Below are positions 7,387 to 15,913 of a stretch of DNA of 64,000 nucleotides, one piece after another. The translations under genes were made by a program, and so were the position numbers. The stretch covers positions 1-64,000 of the IMG/VR virus record IMGVR_UViG_3300005611_000002. The stretch is one strand, 5' to 3'. The DNA comes from a virus. Taxonomy: Duplodnaviria; Caudoviricetes. The stretch's first letter is position 1; every line of letters starts with the position of its first letter. The notes under the pieces were generated by a model that saw only the letters and a program-made list of their open reading frames with translations, did no database searches and was not told the DNA's origin.

Positions 7387-7586
7387 CTGACATAATTGTC
7401 CTGATAGTCACCACACTAATAACTACAGGTTATGCTGCACTTATGTCTGCCTTAGCAGATAAGAGTCCAGAATTGGCTGCTGTTGGGGCAATTTTCGTAA
7501 TAATTCTATGGTTTGTAATAGGCCAGATTTTTTTTTCTAGGATGGGTGCCAGAGCGGCCGATCGGGGCTCCCTGCTAAGGAGTTGA
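7383..7586 (+). CDS. Small two-TM membrane protein (3' end runs into tRNA-Ser)
   Basis: Two hydrophobic helices; ATGA overlap with the protease gene. Confidence 0.55.
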   Translation: MTDIIVLIVTTLITTGYAALMSALADKSPELAAVGAIFVIILWFVIGQIFFSRMGARAADRGSLLRS

Positions 7587-7631
7587 AGGGCGAAAGTTCT
7601 TCCCTGGGTTCGAATCCCAGTCCATCCGCCA
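7540..7631 (+). tRNA. tRNA-Ser(GCT)
   Basis: Long variable arm, ctGCTaa, CCA. Confidence 0.9.
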
Positions 7632-7639
7632 CTTTTTAG

Positions 7640-7699
7640 TTGACAAATGCGAAGAATCAGTATACTATGATAATAGGTAAAACGAAAGGAACTTATATC
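7640..7699 (+). promoter_or_regulatory. Early promoter-RBS cassette
   Basis: TTGACA...GAATCAGTA-TACTAT-GATAATAGGTAAAACGAAAGGAAC; related copies at 8062, 9392, 53068, 53461. Confidence 0.85.
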
Positions 7700-8065
7700 A
7701 TGCGAAATGGACTTGTCATCGGAACACTTGCTTTTGTCGGTTTGGTAGTTGCTGCTACTCCGGTCTTGCACTATACGACAATGGATACTGCAACATTTAC
7801 TGTTGATCATCGGGAGCGAGTCACATCACGGACTAGCGAAGGAAATTCTTCTGCTCGATATATGGTCTGGGCTCAGTATGAAAATGGTACGTCTGAAGTC
7901 TTTGAAAATACCGATTCACTCCTTTCACTCAAGTTTAACAGCGCCGATCTTCAAGGTCTTATGAAAGAGGGTTCGGTTTGTCAGGCAACTGTGAATGGTT
8001 TTCGATTTCCTTTCCTGAGCATGAATCGTAACATTATTGATGCTGAGTGTGAAAATAACGGTTGA
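7700..8065 (+). CDS. DUF1523-like membrane-anchored protein
   Basis: N-terminal TM; VFENTDS..KFNSADLQ motif. Confidence 0.6.
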   Translation: MRNGLVIGTLAFVGLVVAATPVLHYTTMDTATFTVDHRERVTSRTSEGNSSARYMVWAQYENGTSEVFENTDSLLSLKFNSADLQGLMKEGSVCQATVNGFRFPFLSMNRNIIDAECENNG

Positions 8066-8119
8066 CAAACGAGTAGAATCAGTATAGTATCTAATCATGA
8101 TAAACGAAAGGAACCTATC

Positions 8120-8308
8120 ATGAACGTCTACAAACTGACTGTACTCGCCAACGGCATGTCGGAAATGGCTCGCATTCATCCGAATGATGTAATTGCGAAT
8201 AACCTTGCTCGTGTTTCAGAGCTTGTAGCAGCGTATGGTTCTACTTGGTCCTCGAAGTTGACCAAGACCGATTTGATGGTAGTTCGGTACTACCTCGCGA
8301 ATAGATAA
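8120..8308 (+). CDS. Hypothetical early protein
   Basis: Promoter 8062 and GAAAGGA RBS. Confidence 0.75.
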   Translation: MNVYKLTVLANGMSEMARIHPNDVIANNLARVSELVAAYGSTWSSKLTKTDLMVVRYYLANR

Positions 8309-8367
8309 AAATATCTAGTTGACAAAGAAATAAAACAGTATATAATAGAATGGAAAATAAATAATAT

Positions 8368-8442
8368 CGGAAGCGAAGAGGCTGGGTCATCGGCTACGTT
8401 TGGGGCGTAGAGAGCTGGGTTCGATTCCCGGGCTTCCGACCA
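8368..8442 (+). tRNA. tRNA-Pro(TGG)
   Basis: CGGAAGC/GCTTCCG, ttTGGgg, ACCA. Confidence 0.85.
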
Positions 8443-8726
8443 AAGGTCCCCTTCTTGGGGTTTAGTAGGTAAGGAAAGTCTGAACATGCCAAGTGATCAT
8501 AGGCATATGTTCAGAGCAGTTTGGCCAAACTGTAAAAGGAGCATGGGCACCCTGGAAACTTGTGAAGCGAAAGGGAGATACCGCACCTGCCTACGTTATA
8601 TTTCTATCAGAGTTGACTGTTGTATGATGGGTGTCGGTGTAGGAAGAAATCAACCCGCGTTACACTAGCGCGAAGGGTTTCTCATATAGAGAATCAGTGT
8701 GACAGCTCGGAGAGACGAGCAACTAT

Positions 8727-8802
8727 GCGGGGATAGCTCAGTTGGTAGAGCGTCTGATTTCCACTCAGAAGGTCGCGAGTTCGAACCTCGTTCTCCGCTC
8801 CA
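8727..8802 (+). tRNA. tRNA-Gly(TCC)
   Basis: Canonical cloverleaf, TCCA. Confidence 0.95.
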
Positions 8803-8819
8803 AATTCTACGAGAGTATT

Positions 8820-9044
8820 ATGAAAACACCAGAATGGTCGCCTTTCAATACTATGTATCCGAACAATTAAGTTCCTGTAACTAAATATAATTACAAAAGA
8901 ATTGTAGAACCTTCTTCAAGGATTAAATCAAAAATAGACTTTGTCGAAGATTGGCAAGAGAGAGCAAATAAAGCTATCGAAGCTTATAAGAATACAACTG
9001 AGTCTAGAATAAGCCCAGGTCAAGTATACGACTTTTATGCGTAA
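8820..9044 (+). pseudogene. Small ORF interrupted by an in-frame TAA (8868-8870)
   Basis: MKTPEWSPFNTMYPNN*VPVTKY...QVYDFYA* in one frame. Confidence 0.5.
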
Positions 9045-9045
9045 C

Positions 9046-9360
9046 TTACCTATCGTATGGTTCTTGTATTACATCATCAAATTCTTCATTTACATAGCCT
9101 CCACCAGCTACTCCATGAAGTTTTTCTTTTCCTCGAGACCAGGAAGTCACTCCAAGTATTGCCCCCATTGATAGATGGAACAAACCACCAGATCCTAATG
9201 TCAGAGGCATCCACTGTTGAGCAACTACACCAGATACAAAATATCCTTGCCAGATTGTCCAGAAAATTGGACCTATAATGAAATCAAATAGACAGATACT
9301 GATGTAGAGCCAACCTATTGAAGGTCTCCATTTGTTTTGTATCCAAGTTTCTTTTTTCAT
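9046..9360 (-). CDS. 3TM (GTA-type) holin-like protein
   Basis: KWRPSIGWLY motif, hydrophobic helices, RGKEK tail; minus-strand late-promoter-like site upstream. Confidence 0.65.
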   Translation of the reverse strand: MKKETWIQNKWRPSIGWLYISICLFDFIIGPIFWTIWQGYFVSGVVAQQWMPLTLGSGGLFHLSMGAILGVTSWSRGKEKLHGVAGGGYVNEEFDDVIQEPYDR

Positions 9361-9449
9361 GGCTTGTAGCTCTTTTATTTGTATTTATTAGTTGACAAAT
9401 TTCAAGAATCAGTATACTATCATAATAGGTAATACGAAAGGAACCTATC

Positions 9450-9692
9450 ATGACTCTGACTTATAAATCCGCCGAACTTCTTATTCGCTTGATCAATGAA
9501 GCAGATTTCGAAGGTGAAAACGGAATGTGTGAAGCTTTGACTAAATTTACTTCAGCAGAACGTGGTAATCTTGTTGATCTAAAAAAGAAGGGTTTTGTTG
9601 AAACTTGCGAAGAAGAAGGTGGTAGCTACTGGGTAATCTTTAAAGAACCTGCGCGGGCTCTTTACGAAACAATTAAAGCAATTAAAGGTTGA
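9450..9692 (+). CDS. Hypothetical early protein (winged-helix-like)
   Basis: Promoter cassette 9392 with RBS. Confidence 0.75.
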   Translation: MTLTYKSAELLIRLINEADFEGENGMCEALTKFTSAERGNLVDLKKKGFVETCEEEGGSYWVIFKEPARALYETIKAIKG

Positions 9693-9708
9693 TATAAATA
9701 GAAATAAT

Positions 9709-9786
9709 GCTTCCGTAGCTCAGTTGGATTAGAGCAGGGAACTTCTAATTCTCAGGTCGTGGGTTCGAGTCCTACCGGGAGCGCCA
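9709..9786 (+). tRNA. tRNA-Arg(TCT)
   Basis: Canonical cloverleaf, CCA. Confidence 0.95.
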
Positions 9787-9791
9787 ATTAT

Positions 9792-9868
9792 GCCCCACTA
9801 CCCCAATAGGCAGAGGGATGCGACTTAAAATCGTTTCAGTCTCGGTTCGAATCCGAGGTGGGGTACCA
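9792..9868 (+). tRNA. tRNA-Leu(TAA), short variable region
   Basis: ctTAAaa loop, CCA. Confidence 0.9.
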
Positions 9869-9874
9869 AATTCA

Positions 9875-9968
9875 GGTCCTATAGTTTAACGGTAGAACAC
9901 CCGTCTTATAAGCGGCATTGACACCAGATTAGTGTGCGGTCCGGGTTCGAGTCCCGGTAGGACCACCA
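9875..9968 (+). tRNA. tRNA-Ile(TAT) with long extra arm
   Basis: GGTCCTA/TAGGACC, CCGT-ctTATaa-GCGG, >20-nt variable region, ACCA. Confidence 0.8.
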
Positions 9969-9985
9969 AAAACAACGAGGATATT

Positions 9986-10174
9986 ATGAAAGAAGTATGG
10001 AATATCAATTTTGAACGCAAGCAAGAATGGAACAATTTCGATCCCAATCATCTCATTTTTGTGACAGATGAAAATGCTCTTTTAGACAACATCGAAAAGC
10101 GCATGAAAGAATCAGATTACAATGTAGATCTGGCAAACGAGATGTTGAGTCAGATTGGTATCAAAAGTTCATGA
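9986..10174 (+). CDS. Hypothetical protein
   Basis: GAGGA RBS. Confidence 0.65.
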   Translation: MKEVWNINFERKQEWNNFDPNHLIFVTDENALLDNIEKRMKESDYNVDLANEMLSQIGIKSS

Positions 10175-10350
10175 AAAGATATACACCGCTTCATACCGAG
10201 TACAAAGTGATTGCTCGAGTAATTCAGGGCGATTTTCATAAGAATATGACAGAGGATGAATTTGTTTCTCGTGTAAAACAGTTTTCATATGATGAACTGG
10301 ATGAAAAAAGAATTCGACAAATATATCGTTCCCTTTCTAGAGAGTTTTGA
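10171..10350 (+). CDS. Hypothetical protein (59 aa)
   Basis: ATGA overlap with the previous ORF. Confidence 0.55.
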   Translation: MKRYTPLHTEYKVIARVIQGDFHKNMTEDEFVSRVKQFSYDELDEKRIRQIYRSLSREF

Positions 10351-10385
10351 ATAAATAGTACGACAAATAATGAAAGGAGAATGAC

Positions 10386-10865
10386 GTGTTTACACAAAAG
10401 CAAGTAGAAGACCTAATTGACCTTCTACTGGATCTTGACAGCAACACAAAAATTTACATCGGTACTGACTCAGTTCGTTTTCGTAAAAATGAACGCTGGT
10501 ACGCAAAGTATGCTACAGTCTGTGTTGTTCACAAGAATGGTAAACACGGTTGCCAAGTCTTTCGTCATAAGTCCATCGAGCCAGATTATGACGTGAAAAA
10601 GAATCGACCTTCAATGCGTCTGATGAACGAAGTAATGAAGTCTTGTGAACTCTATACTCAGCTGATTCCATTCATCGACGAATTTGATGTAGAAATTCAC
10701 ATCGACGTAAATACAGATCCAAAACACGGTTCAAACTGTGTTGCTGGACAAGCTGCGGGTTACGTGCTTGGTGTAACCGGACTTGATGAAAATCAAGTGA
10801 AGCTGAAACCTAATGCTTTTGCGGCATCATTCGGCGCAGATCATTTTGTAAACAATTATGGTTGA
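10386..10865 (+). CDS. RNase H-like YkuK/DUF458 family protein
   Basis: IYIGTDS, EIHIDVN, KP.A.AAS..ADH motifs. Confidence 0.8.
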   Translation: MFTQKQVEDLIDLLLDLDSNTKIYIGTDSVRFRKNERWYAKYATVCVVHKNGKHGCQVFRHKSIEPDYDVKKNRPSMRLMNEVMKSCELYTQLIPFIDEFDVEIHIDVNTDPKHGSNCVAGQAAGYVLGVTGLDENQVKLKPNAFAASFGADHFVNNYG

Positions 10866-10910
10866 CAAATCGTGAGACTTGATATATTATGATTCTATAA
10901 GGAGAATCAC

Positions 10911-11399
10911 ATGAGAAAAACACTTGTAGCACTTGCACTTGCCTTTACACCTAATGTGTCATTTGCTGCCGACTACGCAGTAATTACTGCAGTCCATCCG
11001 ATCTTTCATGATCGGTACGTAACTCGTTATGAAACCTATTGCCATGATGTGGAGGTTCCTGTATACGGTCGTACCGGTGGAGGTTCTAGTGGAGACGTAC
11101 TGGCGGGTGCAATCATCGGCGGCGCTATCGGAAATCAATTCGGTAACGGTAGCGGAAAAGACGCAATGACCGTTCTTGGTGCGATCCTTGGAGCAAATGA
11201 AGCTTCAAATTCCGGTCGTCAAGAAGTTGTTGGGTATCGTTTAGAACAAAGGTGTGAACGCGTTGCAAATCAAGTAAACGAACCAGTACTTTCACACTAC
11301 AATATTCGTTATGAATACAACGGTCAAGAATATCACGAACGAACAAATCGGAAGTATACGCTTGGACAGAGAGTTCGTGTTCGTACTAGCCTCAACTGA
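10911..11399 (+). CDS. Glycine-zipper 2TM (YcfJ-like) protein
   Basis: GAIIGGAIGNQFGNGSGKDAMTVLGAILG. Confidence 0.85.
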   Translation: MRKTLVALALAFTPNVSFAADYAVITAVHPIFHDRYVTRYETYCHDVEVPVYGRTGGGSSGDVLAGAIIGGAIGNQFGNGSGKDAMTVLGAILGANEASNSGRQEVVGYRLEQRCERVANQVNEPVLSHYNIRYEYNGQEYHERTNRKYTLGQRVRVRTSLN

Positions 11400-11429
11400 A
11401 GAATGGTGTGGTTACCTAATAAACCCGAT

Positions 11430-11455
11430 GATGGCCACGGTTAGCCATCTTTTTT
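11430..11455 (+). terminator. Rho-independent terminator
   Basis: GATGGC-loop-GCCATC-T6. Confidence 0.65.
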
Positions 11456-11474
11456 CTTATCTATAAGAGGTATT

Positions 11475-11669
11475 ATGATTACACCTTGTGTTGGAAAGTG
11501 CGAATTAGATACTATCACAGCCATCTGTAAAGGCTGTGGTCGTACTTATGAAGAAATCCAAGACTGGGATGGATTTACCGAAGAACAACAAATGAAAATT
11601 ATGCGCAGACTTGGTTATGGGCGAAGAAAAAGCCGTGAAGAAAGACTTCGTCGTTACGATCGTGAATAA
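11475..11669 (+). CDS. DUF1289 family protein
   Basis: TPCVGKC...CKGCGRT..EI..W. Confidence 0.85.
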   Translation: MITPCVGKCELDTITAICKGCGRTYEEIQDWDGFTEEQQMKIMRRLGYGRRKSREERLRRYDRE

Positions 11670-11766
11670 TTTTACAAAAAGTTTGTAACCTTTATATTCT
11701 TGTTACATTTGTATGATATTATGATCTTGACACAACAAGTGTCGTATTGAAAATAGGAGATAACAC

Positions 11767-12723
11767 ATGAAATTTTTACTTTCAACCGTTGCTGCTCTGT
11801 CTTTAGCAGCAACCGCACACGCTCGTGATAATGTTCAAATCGCAGGTTCATCAACAGTTCTACCTTATGCATCTATCGTAGCAGAGGTATTCGGTGAAAA
11901 TACAGATTTTCCAACGCCAGTTGTCGAGTCTGGTGGATCATCTGCCGGCTTGAAGCGATTCTGTGAAGGACTCGGTACAAATACGATCGATATTGCAAAT
12001 GCTTCTCGAGCAATTCGTGAAAAAGAAATCAAAGCGTGTGCAGAAAATGGAGTAGATTCCATCACTGAAGTTCGAATTGGATATGACGGTATTGTATTTG
12101 CTTCAGACATTGATGGGAATAGTTTTGAATTTACACCAAAAGATATCTACCTTGCTTTGAATGCAAAAAGCACCGCTTCAACCTGGTCAGAAGTAAATCC
12201 AGAGTTTCCAGATCAGCCAATCATGGTGTTTATTCCCGGAACAAAGCACGGTACTCGTGAAGTCTTTGAAGAGAAAGTTCTCCTCGTTGGTTGTGAAGAA
12301 GTAAATGGACCGCCGAAAACAGATGAAGCAGAAGATGCTTGCATGGATGTACGAAAAGATGGTCGGTCCGTGGATATTGACGGAGACTATACCGAGACAC
12401 TTGCAAGGATTGATTCAAATGAGAATGGTATTGGTGTATTCGGTCTTGCATTCTATGAAAACAACACTGATAAGCTGCAGGTAGCTACGATGAATGGAGT
12501 ATTACCGAGTACCGAGACAATTTCTTCTGGTGAGTATCCAGTAAGTCGTCCGTTGTTCTTCTACATCAAGAATGCTCATCTCGACTCAATTCCAGGATTG
12601 AGAGAATATGCACAATTCTTTATGGCTGACGAGATTGCAGGTCCTGATGGTCCTCTTGCTCAGTATGGGCTGGTTTCAGATCCTAAAATTGCAGAGACGC
12701 AAAAGAAACTGCAGGATATGTAG
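11767..12723 (+). CDS. pstS: Phosphate ABC transporter substrate-binding protein
   Basis: Signal peptide; IAGSSTV, GGSSAG, ANASR, HGTRE, YPVSRPLFFY. Confidence 0.9.
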   Translation: MKFLLSTVAALSLAATAHARDNVQIAGSSTVLPYASIVAEVFGENTDFPTPVVESGGSSAGLKRFCEGLGTNTIDIANASRAIREKEIKACAENGVDSITEVRIGYDGIVFASDIDGNSFEFTPKDIYLALNAKSTASTWSEVNPEFPDQPIMVFIPGTKHGTREVFEEKVLLVGCEEVNGPPKTDEAEDACMDVRKDGRSVDIDGDYTETLARIDSNENGIGVFGLAFYENNTDKLQVATMNGVLPSTETISSGEYPVSRPLFFYIKNAHLDSIPGLREYAQFFMADEIAGPDGPLAQYGLVSDPKIAETQKKLQDM

Positions 12724-12764
12724 TATCATAAATGTCACACTAAACATCAATGGCTAAATAATAG

Positions 12765-12793
12765 TTGACATTTGGCCATTGATGGATTATATA
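12765..12793 (+). promoter_or_regulatory. Sigma70 promoter of tmRNA within an inverted repeat
   Basis: TTGACA-17-TATATA; flanking CATCAATGGCTAAAT / ATTTGGCCATTGATG. Confidence 0.65.
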
Positions 12794-12799
12794 TAAACC

Positions 12800-13182
12800 G
12801 TAACGTTGAAACAACGTGGACACATACTGGACTGCGGGGCGGTACCGCACTCGTCCACCAAAAGGATACATAATGAAACAATATTCAAAAGAATATTTAG
12901 ATTTTGAATTGAAACACACTAGAGAGTTGTTAGAACTTCATCACAAAACAAAAGATGAAGAGCTAAGACTTCAAATTTTAGAGGTTAGGAAAACTCTTGA
13001 GCGTATCTTTTTGATGGGCGAGAAATAGGATCGACAGGTGTGAAAGTGAAGTGGAGTTACCGTGTTGACCTACGTTATTCGGTCACCCAAACTAACTGCA
13101 AACACAAACGCAGCTCCTAAGGCTCTTGCTCTCGCAGCATGAGTACTGTGGGTTCGGTAGAACCTAGAAACAGAATCTACCC
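12800..13182 (+). ncRNA. ssrA: Circularly permuted (two-piece) tmRNA; tag (A)NTNAAPKALALAA
   Basis: Acceptor piece ends CTCGTCC-ACCA (12860); coding piece starts GGGCGAG-AAATAGGATCGAC (13016); G3:U70; T-loop GGCGGTA; tag frame 13098-13142. Confidence 0.92.
12873..13028 (+). CDS. 51-aa ORF inside the tmRNA intervening segment
   Basis: AAGGA RBS, ATG 12873, helical charged sequence, TAG inside the tmRNA 5' end. Confidence 0.6.
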   Translation: MKQYSKEYLDFELKHTRELLELHHKTKDEELRLQILEVRKTLERIFLMGEK

Positions 13183-13270
13183 GTCATGACCCTCGCGTTA
13201 TTGGGTTTCGGGTATGAGCTCCACCCTCAACGGGCTCACTTATTTTTCTCAACAACAAAGGAACATTCGA

Positions 13271-13603
13271 ATGAAAAATACTATGTTTGGTGCCATTGCT
13301 GCACTCAGTCTTTCTACTGCAGCTGCACAGGCTGGTGATCTTGCTTTCATCGGTAAAACAGAATACGCTTTCGAAGCAGAAACTTTTAGCCTCGAAGGCG
13401 GTGCAGAGTATACAGTCAACGCGTTCACTTTTTCTGGTGTAGCAATGTTTGAAGATACTCAGACCACTGACTTTGATTTTATTGGAGTCGAAGTAGGTGT
13501 AGGTTATGCATTCACTGATAATGTGTCTGCTTACATTCGTCTCGAAGCAGATGATGAACTCGATCACACCGAAACTGTTGTAGGAGCCTCCTTCAGCTTC
13601 TAA
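13271..13603 (+). CDS. Small outer-membrane beta-barrel/porin-like protein
   Basis: Signal peptide, alternating beta-strand pattern, C-terminal VVGASFSF. Confidence 0.7.
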   Translation: MKNTMFGAIAALSLSTAAAQAGDLAFIGKTEYAFEAETFSLEGGAEYTVNAFTFSGVAMFEDTQTTDFDFIGVEVGVGYAFTDNVSAYIRLEADDELDHTETVVGASFSF

Positions 13604-13640
13604 TAAATAGAAGTAATATTCTTACTATTGGAGGAGTGAT

Positions 13641-14216
13641 ATGTCAGATAACTTGAAAAAATTGACTTGGGAAAACCACAAGAAAGCAGAAAGAGCCGCT
13701 TTCATGCAAAGGTTGATCAAAAAGAATATCACTCCTCCACAATACTACAAGTACCTCAAGAACCAAGCAGCTGCTTATATCGCGCTTGAGCATCACGCAA
13801 CACTCGCTGGTTGGTTTGATTTTGAAAATGCAGATCTATATCCATTGAAGCGCGGTGCCGCCATACTCGATGATATAGATGAAATGGAAAGAACTCATGG
13901 CTTTACAGATGCTCCAATACTTTCCACCACAACTACATATGTAGATTACATTCAACAAATACGAGAAGATCGAGATAAGCTATTCGCGCATGTGTATGTC
14001 CGTCACATGGGTGATCTGTCAGGTGGTCAAATGATCAAAAGACTTATTCCCGGTCCTACTCGAGTCTATGAATTTGATACTGATGTAGATCAACTGAAAC
14101 AAGCAGTCAGAAAAAGATTACATGATGGTCTTGTAGATGAAGCAAATCAGTGCTTCATTATGGTTCAAAACTTTTTACAAGAATTGGAAGATAGCTTTGT
14201 CGGAGACATGGGATAA
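13641..14216 (+). CDS. hemO: Heme oxygenase
   Basis: LKKLTWENHKKAE, AHVYVRHMGDLSGGQMI. Confidence 0.92.
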   Translation: MSDNLKKLTWENHKKAERAAFMQRLIKKNITPPQYYKYLKNQAAAYIALEHHATLAGWFDFENADLYPLKRGAAILDDIDEMERTHGFTDAPILSTTTTYVDYIQQIREDRDKLFAHVYVRHMGDLSGGQMIKRLIPGPTRVYEFDTDVDQLKQAVRKRLHDGLVDEANQCFIMVQNFLQELEDSFVGDMG

Positions 14217-14856
14217 GGTAGTTCCGCTATCAGAAAAGATTGAGTCACTTTTCAATCAACACTTTCAGCACGAAAAAACTACAGAAGAGTTTGAAGGCTG
14301 GAAAGACTCATTTTGGTCGAGTGATGTAATTCGTAAGTGTCACCTCAAGACAATTGATCATCGAGAAACTCGAAAAATGTGGCTCATGCACATCAACATT
14401 TTTCCAAAACCTCACATTCATCTACCGATACTCGGTTTTGATATTGTTGCTGGACCCAAGAAAATCACAGGTGCATTCTTCGACTATTCCACACACGCCT
14501 ATCATCCGTATAGTGATTACATCGAAATGGCTACGCGGAGTTTAGTTTGGAATAAACCACGTGAACTTCCAGACTGGGCACAGGAAATTTTTTCAGGAAA
14601 TATGATTGCTGCCGGCAACATTCGCGATGAAGAAATAGATCAACTTTGTTCAGTTACCTACGATTTGATAGAGCATTATTTGGCAAATATAGATGTGAAT
14701 GCTTTTCCGAGCGAAGAAAATCTCACTGATTGGCATAATTACTATTGTAAAAATCAAAAGAAAAATCCTCATTTACACAGATCAATTTTACAAATGGGTA
14801 TATCAGAAAAAGATAAAGATAAATACGTAAACGAGATACTATTTGAAGAGATCTAA
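14137..14856 (+). CDS. pcyX: Ferredoxin-dependent bilin reductase, PcyX-like (true start probably ~14197)
   Basis: MHINIFP, PILGFD, GAFFDYS, RELPDWA..IFS, YCKNQKKNPH; adjacent to hemO. Confidence 0.85.
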   Translation: MKQISASLWFKTFYKNWKIALSETWDKVVPLSEKIESLFNQHFQHEKTTEEFEGWKDSFWSSDVIRKCHLKTIDHRETRKMWLMHINIFPKPHIHLPILGFDIVAGPKKITGAFFDYSTHAYHPYSDYIEMATRSLVWNKPRELPDWAQEIFSGNMIAAGNIRDEEIDQLCSVTYDLIEHYLANIDVNAFPSEENLTDWHNYYCKNQKKNPHLHRSILQMGISEKDKDKYVNEILFEEI

Positions 14857-15483
14857 ATGGACGATAGACGAGCTTACGAATTATACCCTCATCATCGAAA
14901 ATGGTTCAACAAGCTTTGGTTCTCAGAGTCAATGCAATATAATTGCGGACCTTCCGGGACTTTTCCTAATGTAGACGGTTGGTATATTGTAAGACCAATT
15001 ATGAATCTATCTGGCATGTCAGTCGGCGCAAGAAAACAATACATTTCCGCATATGATAAAACTCAAGTAGAACCAGGATACTTTTGGTGCGAATGGTTTG
15101 AAGACGTTCAATACTCGGTTACATACAAAAACGTAAATGGTAAGTGGGTACAATCGAGTTGCTGGCGCGCAGATCGAAATTGTGATCAACTTTACAAATT
15201 CAAAAGATGGTTTCGATATGACCATCAGATTTTTTCACTCCCAAAATTCTTTGATGAACTATTAGATCTTGATCTAATCAACGTAGAGTTCGTAGGAAAG
15301 AATCCAATTGAAGTCCATTTACGAGAGTCTCCAGATCCGAAATATGACGAATTTATTCCTGTGTGGAAAGGAGAAAAAGAATTAGTTGACAAATACAAAA
15401 GAATGGGTTATAGTTATACTGAAAGCTACGACGACGCAGATGGCTTTCTAAAACAACCAAGAGTTGGATTTTTAGTCAAATGA
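14857..15483 (+). CDS. Conserved T4-like hypothetical protein (ATP-grasp-like)
   Basis: YIVRPIMNLSGM, GYFWCEWF, IEVHLR. Confidence 0.65.
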   Translation: MDDRRAYELYPHHRKWFNKLWFSESMQYNCGPSGTFPNVDGWYIVRPIMNLSGMSVGARKQYISAYDKTQVEPGYFWCEWFEDVQYSVTYKNVNGKWVQSSCWRADRNCDQLYKFKRWFRYDHQIFSLPKFFDELLDLDLINVEFVGKNPIEVHLRESPDPKYDEFIPVWKGEKELVDKYKRMGYSYTESYDDADGFLKQPRVGFLVK

Positions 15484-15716
15484 AGGAGATGAGAATGGAA
15501 GTAATTGATTGTGAACTCTATTTACAGGTTGAAGATCAACATGGTGCTGTAGCAAATGTTTTCGAATCTCCATACGAAGGACATCATGTCATTTATTATG
15601 ATTCGAATGGAGTCAGATTCTTCCGTGAAGATTTTGTAAAAACGCCAATTGAACTTGTGGAAAAGGCAGTACTCGACTGGGCAACAGGAAAAAGGAATTT
15701 GGAATATGCAGCATAA
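15480..15716 (+). CDS. Hypothetical protein
   Basis: Coupled ORF. Confidence 0.65.
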   Translation: MKEMRMEVIDCELYLQVEDQHGAVANVFESPYEGHHVIYYDSNGVRFFREDFVKTPIELVEKAVLDWATGKRNLEYAA

Positions 15717-15912
15717 AATAAATCAATTTCTCGGAGAAAAAGGTGGTCAAACTCTTCGCGCTGAAATTTATTCAGACGTTGATGGTTACAATATCAAATA
15801 TTTCATCAACGGAAATCTTCAAACTACAGAGGCGTTTCCAGATAAGTCAATTCACTTTGTAGAAGACGCTGCTGAAAATTGGATTTCTGGTATCAAAGTT
15901 CTTAACGGCTAA
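15706..15912 (+). CDS. Hypothetical protein
   Basis: MQHKINQF...EDAAENW. Confidence 0.65.
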   Translation: MQHKINQFLGEKGGQTLRAEIYSDVDGYNIKYFINGNLQTTEAFPDKSIHFVEDAAENWISGIKVLNG

Positions 15913-15913
15913 T

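Noticed and set aside
7528-7586. Functional protein/tRNA-Ser overlap
   Set aside because: One more T in the T9 run would end the ORF at TAG just before the tRNA; may be a homopolymer slip or error
8468-8670. RNase P RNA (AAGGAAAGTCTG resembles the P4 5' strand)
   Set aside because: No matching 3' ACAGAA...GGCTTA P4 strand; the segment pairs locally instead
11680-11745. Pho box upstream of pstS
   Set aside because: Only degenerate 11-bp-spaced matches, the best one on the opposite strand; cannot be supported by eye
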